This document shows, one piece after another, positions 55,352 to 64,000 of a DNA stretch of 64,000 nucleotides; positions within the stretch are counted from its first letter, which is position 1; the number at the start of each line of letters is the position of its first letter. The notes under the pieces are model-generated. The model was not told the DNA's origin. It was given only the letters and a program-made list of their open reading frames with translations, and did no database searches. Source of the DNA: the human T2T-CHM13v2.0 reference genome, Homo sapiens; assembly GCF_009914755.1 (NCBI RefSeq), contig NC_060939.1. One strand, given 5' to 3'. The position numbers and the translations under genes are program-made.

Positions 55352-56833
55352 ATGTGAAAATATTTCCTTTACCACCATAGGCTGCAAAGGGCTCAAAATA
55401 TCCACTTGCAGATTCTACAAAAAGAGAGTTTCAAAACTGCTCAATCAAAAGATAGGTTCAACTCGGTGAGTTGTATGCACACATTCCAAAGAAGTTTCTC
55501 TGAATGCTTCTGCATAGTTTTAATGTGAAGATATATCCATTTCCACCATAGTCCACAAAGCGCTCCAAATATTCACTTGCAGATTCTACAAAATGAGTGT
55601 TTCAAAACTGCTCAATCAAAAGAATGGTTCAACATTGTGAGATGAATTCACACATCACAAAGAAGTTTCTCAGAATGCTTCTGTGTAGTTCTCATGTGAA
55701 GATATTTCCTTTTCCACCATAGGCCTCAATGCGATCCAAACATCCAATTTTAGATACCACAAAAAGAGTGTTTCCAAACTGCTCAATCAAAAGAAAGTTC
55801 AACTCTGTGAGATGAAGGCACACATGACCAAGACGTTCCTCAGAAATCTTTTTTGTAGTTTTTACGTGAAGGTATATCCTTTCCCACTATAGGCCGCAAA
55901 GGGCTCCAAATATCCTCTTGCAGATTCTACAAAAAGAGAGATTCAAAACTGCTCAATCAAAAGATAGTTTCAACTCTGTGAGTTTAATGCACACTTAACA
56001 AAGTTGTTTCTCAGAATGCTTCTGTGTAGTTTTTATGTGAAGATATTCCCGTTTCCACCATAGGCCTCGAAGCACTCCAAATATCCACTTGCAGATTCTA
56101 CAAAAATAAAGTTTCAAAACTGCTGAATGAAAATAAAGGTTTAACACTGTGAGATGAATGCAAATATTGTACAGAAATTTTTCAGAATGATTCTGTGCAG
56201 TTTTTATGTGAAGCTATTTCCTTTTCCACAGTAGGAATCTAAGACCTCCAAATATCAACTGGCAGATTCTACATAGAGAGTTTTTCAAAACTGCTCAATC
56301 AAAAGAAAGGTTCAATTCTGTGAGATGAATGCACACATCCCAAAGAGGTTACTCGGAATGCTTCTGTGTACTTTTCATGTGAAGATATTTTCTTTTGAAC
56401 AATAGGCCTCAAAGCGCTCCAATTATCCACTTGCAGATTCTACAAAAAGAATGTTTCAAAACTACTAACTGAAAAGAAAGATTCATCTCTGTGAGATGAA
56501 TGCACACATCACCATGAAGTTTCTCAGAATGATTCTGTGTAGTTTTTAGTTGAAGATATTCCCATTTCCACCATAGGCCCCAAATGGCCCCAAATATCCA
56601 CTTGTAGATTCTACAAAAAGATAGTTTCAAAACTGTTCAATGAAAAGATAGGTTCAACACCGTGAGTTGAATGCACACATCACAGAGAAGTTTCTCAGAA
56701 AGTTTCTGTGTAGTTTTTATGTGAAGATGTTTCCTTTTACACAATAGACCTCAAAGTGCTCCAAATATTCACTTGCAGATACTTCAAAAAGATTGTTTCA
56801 AAACTGCTCAATCAAGAGAAATGTTCATCTCTG

Positions 56834-59378
56834 TGAGATGAATGCACACATCACAAAGAAGTTTCTCAGAAAACTTCTTTGTGTTTTTTATGTGAAGGCA
56901 TTTCCTTTTCCACAACAGGCCACAAAAGGCTGTAAATATCCACTTGCAGATACTACAAAAAGAGAGTTTCAAAATGGCTTAATCAAAAGATAGGTTCAAC
57001 TCTGTGAGTTGAATACACACATCACAAAGGAGTTTCCCAGAATACTTCTGTCTAGTTTTCATGTGAAGGCATTTCCTTTTCCCCCATAGGCATCAAATGG
57101 TTCCAAACATACACCTGCAGATACTACAAAAAGAGAGCTTCAAAACTGCTCATCAAAAGATTAATTCACATCTGTGAGTTGAATGCACACAACACAAAGA
57201 ATTTTCTCAGAATGCTTCTGTGTGGTCTTAAGTTATTTCCTTTTCCACAATAGGCCTCAAAGCGTTCCAAATATGAACTTGCAGATTTTACAACAACAGT
57301 GTTTCAATACTGCTCAATCAAAAAAAAGGTACAACTCTGTGAGATGAATGCACACATCACAAAGAAGTTTCTCAGAATGATTCTGTGTAGATTTTATGTG
57401 AAGATATTTCGTTTTCCAAAATAGGCCTCAAAGCCCTCCAAATATCCACTTGCAGATTCTACAAAGAGAGTGTTTCAAAACTACTCAATCAAAAGAAAGG
57501 TTCAACTCTGTGAGTTGAATGCACACATCACAAAGAAGTTTCTCAGAATGCTTCCGTGTAGTTTTTACATAAAGATATTTCCTATTCCACCATAGGCCTC
57601 AAAGCGCTCCAAATATCCTCTTGCAGAATCTACAAAAAGAGTGTCACAAAACTGCTCAATCAAAAGAACGTTCAACTCTTTGAGATGAAAGTAGATATCA
57701 CAAAAAAGTTTCTCAGAATGCTTCTGTGTAGTTTTTATGTGAAATATTTGCTTTTCCAGAGTAGGCCTCAAAGCGCTTCTAATATCCACTTGCAGATCCT
57801 GCAAAAACTGTGTTTCATAACTGCGCAACCAAAAGAAAGTTTCAACTCTGTGAGATGAAAGCACACAATGCAAAGACTCTTCTCAGAATGCTTCTGTGTA
57901 GTTTTTATGTGAAGATATTTCCTTTTAGACAATAAGCTTCAAAGCGCTCCAAGTAACCTCTTGCAGATTCTACAAAAAGAGTGTTTCAAAACTGCTCAAT
58001 CCAAAGAGAGGTTCAACTCTGTGAGATGAATGCACACATCACAAAGAAGTTTCTCAGACTGCTCCTGTGTAGTTTTTTTTTGAAGATATTTCCGTTTCCA
58101 CCATAGGCCACAAAGGACTCCAAACATCCAGTTGCATATTCTACAAAAAGAGATTCAAAACTGCTCAATCAAAAAATAGGTTGAACTCTGTGAGATGAAT
58201 GCACACATCACAAAGAAGTTTCTCAGAATACTTCTGTCTGTTTTTTATGTGAAGGCATTTCCTTTTCCACAACAGGCCACAAAAGGCTGTAAATATCCAC
58301 TTGCATATACTACAAAAAGAGAGTTTCAAAATGGCTTAATCAAAAGATAGGTTCAACTCTGTGAGTTGAATGCACACATCACAAAGGAGTTTCTCAGAAT
58401 ACTTCTGTCTAGTTTTCATGTGAAGGCATTTCCTTTTCCCCCATAGGCATCAAATGGTTCCAAACATACACCTGCAGATACTACAAAAAGAGAGGTTCAA
58501 AACTGCTCATCAAAAGATTAATTCACATCTGTGAGTTGAATGCACACAACACAAAGAATTTTCTCAGAATGCTTCTGTGTGGTCTTAAGTTATTTCCTTT
58601 TCCACAATAGGCCTCAAAGCGTTCCAAATATGAACTTGCAGATTATACAACAACAGTGTTTCAATACTGCTCAATCAAAAAAAAGGTACAACTCTGTGAG
58701 ATGAATGCACACATCACAAAGAAGTTTCTCAGAATGATTCTGTGTAGATTTTATGTGAAGATATTTCGTTTTCCAAAATGGGCCTCAAAGCCCTCCAAAT
58801 ATCCACTTGCAGATTCTACAAAGAGAGTGTTTCAAAACTACTCAATCAAAAGAAAGGTTCAACTCTGTGAGTTGAATACACACATCACAAAAAAGTTTCT
58901 CAGAATGCTTCTGTGTAGTTTTTATGTGAAATATTTGCTTTTCCAGATTAGGCCTCAAAGCGCTTCTAATATCCACTTGCAGATCCTGCAAAAACTGTGT
59001 TTCATAACTGCGCAACCAAAAGAAAGTTTCAACTCTGTGAGATGAAAGCACACAATGCAAAGACTCTTCTCAGAATGCTTCTGTGTAGTTTTTATGTGAA
59101 GATATTGCCTTTTAGACAATAAGCTTCAAAGCGCTCCAAGTAACCTCTTGCAGATTCTACAAAGAGTGTTTCAAAACTGCTCAATCCAAAGAGAGGTTCA
59201 ACTCTGTGAGATGAATACACACATCACAAAGAAGTTTCTCAGACTGCTCCTGTGTAGTTTTTTTTTGAAGATATTTCCGTTTCCACCATAGGCCACAAAG
59301 GACTCCAAACATCCAGTTGCATATTCTACTAAAAGAGATTCAAAAACTGCTCAATCAAAAAATAGGTTGAACTCTGTT
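56834..59378 (-). repeat. Near-identical tandem duplication of an 8-monomer alpha block (second copy has 7 monomers)
   Basis: Private variants repeat at offset 1357: gaaggcatttcc...aaaaggctgtaaat (56894/58251) and tgtggtcttaagttatttcc (57221/58578). The offset drops by about one monomer after ~58880. Confidence 0.9.
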
Positions 59379-62300
59379 AGTTGAATGTACACATCACAAA
59401 GAATTTTCTCAGAATGCTACTGTGTAGTTTTTACGTGAAGATATTTCCTTTTTCAAAACAGGCCTCAAAGACCCCAAATATCCACTTGCAGATTCTACAA
59501 AAAGTGTGTTTCAAAACTGCTCGATCAGAAGACATGTTCAATCTGTGTGATGAATGCACTCATCTCAAAGTAGTCTCTCAGAATGCTTCTGTGAAATTTT
59601 TATGTGAAGATATTTCCTTTTCCACAATAGGCCTCAAAGCGCTCCAAATATCCACTTTCAGATTCTACAAAAAGAGAGATTCAAAACTGCTCAAACAAAC
59701 CCTAGGTTAAACTCTGTGTGTTGAATTCACAATTCACGAAGAAATTTATCAGAATGCTACTGTGTAGTTATTATTTGAAAAACATTTTTTTGCACAATCT
59801 GCATCAAAGTTCTCCAAATATCCAAAGGCAGATTCTACAAAAAGAGTGTTTCAAAACCGCTCAATCAAAAGAAAGGATTAACTCTGTGAGATGGATGCAC
59901 ACATCACAAAGAAGTTTCTCAGAAAGCTTCTGTGTGGTCTTTAAGTGAAGATATTTTCTGTTAAAGAGTAGGCCTCATGCGCTCCAAATATCCACTTGCA
60001 GATTCTACAAAAAGAGTGTTTCAAAACTGCTCAATCATAAAATAGGTTCAAACATGTGAGCTGAACGCGCACATCACACAGAAGTTTCTCAGAATGCTTC
60101 TGTGTAGTTTTTATGTGAAGATATTTCCTTTTCCACAATAGGCCTCAAAAAGCTCCAAATTTCCACTTGCAGATGCTACAAAAAGAGTGTTTCAAAACTG
60201 CTCAATCAAAAGAAAGATTCATCTCTGTAAGGTGAATGCACATATCACAATGTAGCTTCTGAGAAGGCTTCAGTGTACCTTTTACGTGAAGATATTTCCT
60301 TTTCCACAATAGGCCTCAAACCGCTCCAAATATCCACTTGCACATTCTACAAAAAGAGTATTTCACAACTGCTCAATCATAAGATAGGTTCAACTCTGTG
60401 AGATGAATGCACACATCACAAAGAAGTTTCTCAGAATGCTTCTGTGTAGGTTTTATTTGAAGACATTTCCTTTCCCACCACAGACCGCAAATTGCTCCAA
60501 ATATCCACTTGCAGATTCTATAAAAAGAGAGATTCAAAATTGATCAATCATAAGATAGGTTCAACTCTGTGAGATGTATGCACATTTCACAAAGAAGTTT
60601 CTCAGAATTCTTCCGTATAGTTTTTATGTGAAGATATTTCCTTTTCCACAATAGGCCTCAAAACGCCCCAAATATCCACTTTCAGATTCTACAACTAGAG
60701 TGTTTCAAATCTACTAAATCATAAGACAGTTTCAAATCTGTGAGATGAATTCACACATCACGAATATGTTTATCAGAATACTTCTGTGTAGTTTTCACAT
60801 TAAGATATTTCGTTTTCCACAATAGGCCTCAAAGCACTCCAAATATCCACTTGCAGATTCTACAAAATGATTGTTTCAATACTGCGCAATCATAAGACAG
60901 GTTCAACTGTGTAAGATGAATGCAGACATCACAAAGAAGGTTCTCAGAATGCTTCTGTGAAGTTTTTATGTGAAGATATTTGCTTTTCCACAGTAGGCCT
61001 CAAAGCGTTCCAAATATGCACTTGAAGATTCTACAAAAACAGTGTTCCAAAACTGTTGAATCATAAGATAGGTTCAACTCTGTGAGTTGAATGCACACAT
61101 TGCAAAGAAATTCCTCAGAATGCTTCTGGGTAGTTTTTATTTGAAGATATTTCCTTTTCCTCCATAGGCCACAAAGGGCTCCAAATGTCCACTTGCAGAT
61201 CCTACAAAAAGAGGGAATGAAAACTGCTCAATGAAAAGATAGGTTCAACTCTGTGAGTTTAATGCACATATCACCAAGTAGTTTCTCAGAATGCTTCTGT
61301 GTAGTTTTTATGTGAAGATATTACCTTTTTCACAATAGGCAACATGGGCTCCAAATATACACTTGCACTTTCTACAAAAAGAGTGTTTCAAAACTGCTCA
61401 ATCATAAGATAGGTTCAACATTGTGAGATGAAAGCTCACATCACAAAGAAGTTTCTCAGAATGCTTCTGTGTAGTTCTCATGTGAAGATATTTCCTTTTC
61501 CACCATAGGCCACAAAGCGATCCAAACATCCACTTGTAGATACTACAAAAAGAGTGTTTCCAAACTGCTCCATCAAAAGAAAGGATCAACTCTGTGAGAT
61601 GAAGGCACACATGACCAAGACGTTCCTCAGAAATCTTTTTTGTAGTTTTTATGTGAAGGTATTTCCTATTCCACCATAGGCCAAAAAGGGCTCCAAATAT
61701 CCTCTTGCAGATTCTACAAAAAGAGAGATTCAAAACTGCTCAATCAAAAGATAGTTTCTACTCTGTGCATTTAATGCACATTTAACAAAGTTGTTTCTCA
61801 GAATGCTTCTGTGCAGTTTTTATGTGAAGATATTCCCATTTCCACTATAGGCCTCGAAGCGCTCCAAATATCCACTTGCAGATTCCACAAAAATAAAGTT
61901 TCAAAACTGCTGAGTGAAAAGAAAGGTTCAACACTGTGAGATGAATGCACATATCGCAAACAAGTTTCTCAGAATGATTCTGTGCAGTTTTTATGTGAAG
62001 ATATTTCCTTTTCCACAATAGGAATCTAAGCACTCCAAATATCAACTTGCAGATTGTACAGAAAGAGTGTTTCAAAACTGCTCAATGAAAAGAAAGGTTC
62101 AACTCTGTGAGATGAATGCACACATCACCATGAATTTTCTCAGAATGCTTCTGTGTAGTTTTTAGTTGAAGATATTCCCATTTCCACCATACGCTGCAAA
62201 TGCCTCCAAATATCCACTTGCAGATTCTACAGAAAGAGAGTTTCAAAACTGTTCAATGAAAAGACAGATTCACCTCCGTGAGTTGAATGCACACATCACA

Positions 62301-64000
62301 GAGAAGTTTCTCAGAAAGCTTCTGTGTAGTTTTTATGTGAAGATATTTCCTTTTACACAACAGGCCTCAAAGTGCTCCAAATATTCACTTGCAGATACTT
62401 CAAAAAGATTGTTTCAAAACTGCTCAATCAAGAGAAATGTTCATCTCTGTGAGATGAATGCACACATCACAAAGAAGTTTCTCAGAAAACTTCTTTGTGT
62501 TTTTTATGTGAAGGCATTTCCTTTTCCACAATAGGCCACAAAAGGCTCCAAATATCCACTTGCAGATACTATAAAAAGAGAGTTTCAAAGTGGCTCAATC
62601 AAAAGATAGGTTCAACTCTGTGAGTTGAATGCACATATCACAAAGGAGTTTCTCAGATTGCTTCTGTGTAGTTTTTATGTGAAGATATTTCCTTTTCCAC
62701 AATAGGCCTCAAAGCATTTCAAATATCCACTTGCAGATTATGCAAAAACAGTGCTTCAAAACTGTTCAATCCAAAGTTTCAACTATGTGAGATGAATGCA
62801 CATATCCAAAGAAGTTTCTCAGAATGATTCTGTGTAGTTTTTATGTGAAGATATTTCGTTTTCCAAAATAGGCCTCAAAGCCCTCCAAATATCCACTTGC
62901 AGATTCTACAAAGAGAGTGTTTCAAAACTGCTCAAACAAAAGAAAGGTTCAACTGTGTGAGATAATTGCACACATCACAAAGAAGTTCTCAGAATGCTTC
63001 TGTGTAGTTTTAATGTGAATATATTTGTTGTTCAACTGTTGGCCTCAAAGCGCTCCAAATATCCACTTGCATATTCTACAAATAGAGTATTTCAAAACTA
63101 CTCAATCAAAAGAAAGGTTCAACTCTGTGAGTTGAATACACACATCCACAGAAGTTTCTCAGAATTCTTATGTGTAATTTTTATGTGAAGATATTTCCTA
63201 TTCCACTGTAGGCTTCAATGCACTCCAAATATCCTCTTGCAGATTCTACAAAGAGAGTGTAACAAAACTGCTCAATCAAAAGAAAGTTCAGCTCCTTGAG
63301 ATGAATGTACACATCACAAATAAGTTTCTCAGAATGCTTCTGTGTAGTTTCTATATGAAGATATTTGCTTTTCCAGAGTAGGCCTCAAAGCACTCCTAAT
63401 ATCCACTTGCAGATTCTGCAAAAACTGTTTCATAACTTCTCAATCAAAAGAAAGTTTCAAGTCGGTGAAATGAAAGCACACAACACAAAGACCCTTCTCA
63501 GAATGCTTCTGTGTAGTTTTTATGTGAAGATATTTAATTTTAGACAATAAGCCTCAAAGCGCTCCAAATAACCACTTGCAGATTCCAAAAAAAGAGCTTT
63601 TCAAAACTGCTCAATCCAAAGAGAGGTTCAACTCTGTGAGATGAATGCACATATCCCAAAGAAGTTTCTCAGACTGCTTCTGTGTAGTTTTTTTTTTTAA
63701 GATATTTCCGTTTCCACAATAGGCCACAAAGGAATCTAAATATCTAGTTGCAGAATCTACAAAAAGAGAGATTCAAAACTGCTCGATCAAAAAATAGGTT
63801 CAACTCTGTGAGTTGAATGTACACATCACAAAGAATTTTCTGAGAATGTTTCTTTGTAGTTTTTAAGTGAAGATATTTCCTTTTTCAAAACAGGCCTCAA
63901 AAGCCCCCAAATATCCACTTGCAGATTCTACAAAAAGATTGTTTCAATACTGCTCAATCATAAGACAGGTTCAACTGTGTGAGATGAAAGAAGACATAAC

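Larger units (their letters stand above)
55334..64000 (-). repeat. Alpha satellite, diverged monomeric A-type (~51 monomers), reverse orientation, with local duplications
   Basis: Continues the monomer interrupted at 49158. tgcttctgtgtag-type monomers dominate, and the array is open at the right edge. Confidence 0.95.

Noticed and set aside
56047-56063. CENP-B-box-like tcccgtttccaccatag
   Set aside because: It has the CCCG half but reads CATA where the essential CGAA is needed (reverse complement nCCCGnnTnnnnCGAAn). No complete CENP-B box was seen in the window, by eye only.

Overview
Human/hominoid pericentromeric heterochromatin with no intact protein-coding or RNA genes. Layout: (1) 1-18816 is diverged Human Satellite 3-type (CATTC)n pentamer satellite. 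It has an internal ~0.5 kb module, kb-scale degenerate duplications and a CACTC-rich terminal zone carrying a ~65 bp Alu remnant. (2) An abrupt junction leads into diverged monomeric A-type 171 bp alpha satellite with no CENP-B box seen, running to the window end. Alpha is in conventional forward orientation to ~30139 and inverted from ~30140. (3) Two L1 insertions lie on the minus strand: a 5'-truncated ~1.2 kb L1PA4-like copy (19587-20762) and a full-length, disabled ~6.16 kb L1PA3-like copy (49159-55322) that retains the ~129 bp 5'UTR segment bound by ZNF93. The alpha array shows stepwise changes in monomer type and several nested multi-monomer duplications. The hundreds of ORFs in the track are translation artefacts of the satellites or broken L1 frames. 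I find no support for a new protein-based biological system; the interesting signals are structural and evolutionary. Subfamily calls rest on consensus sequences recalled from memory and read by eye.
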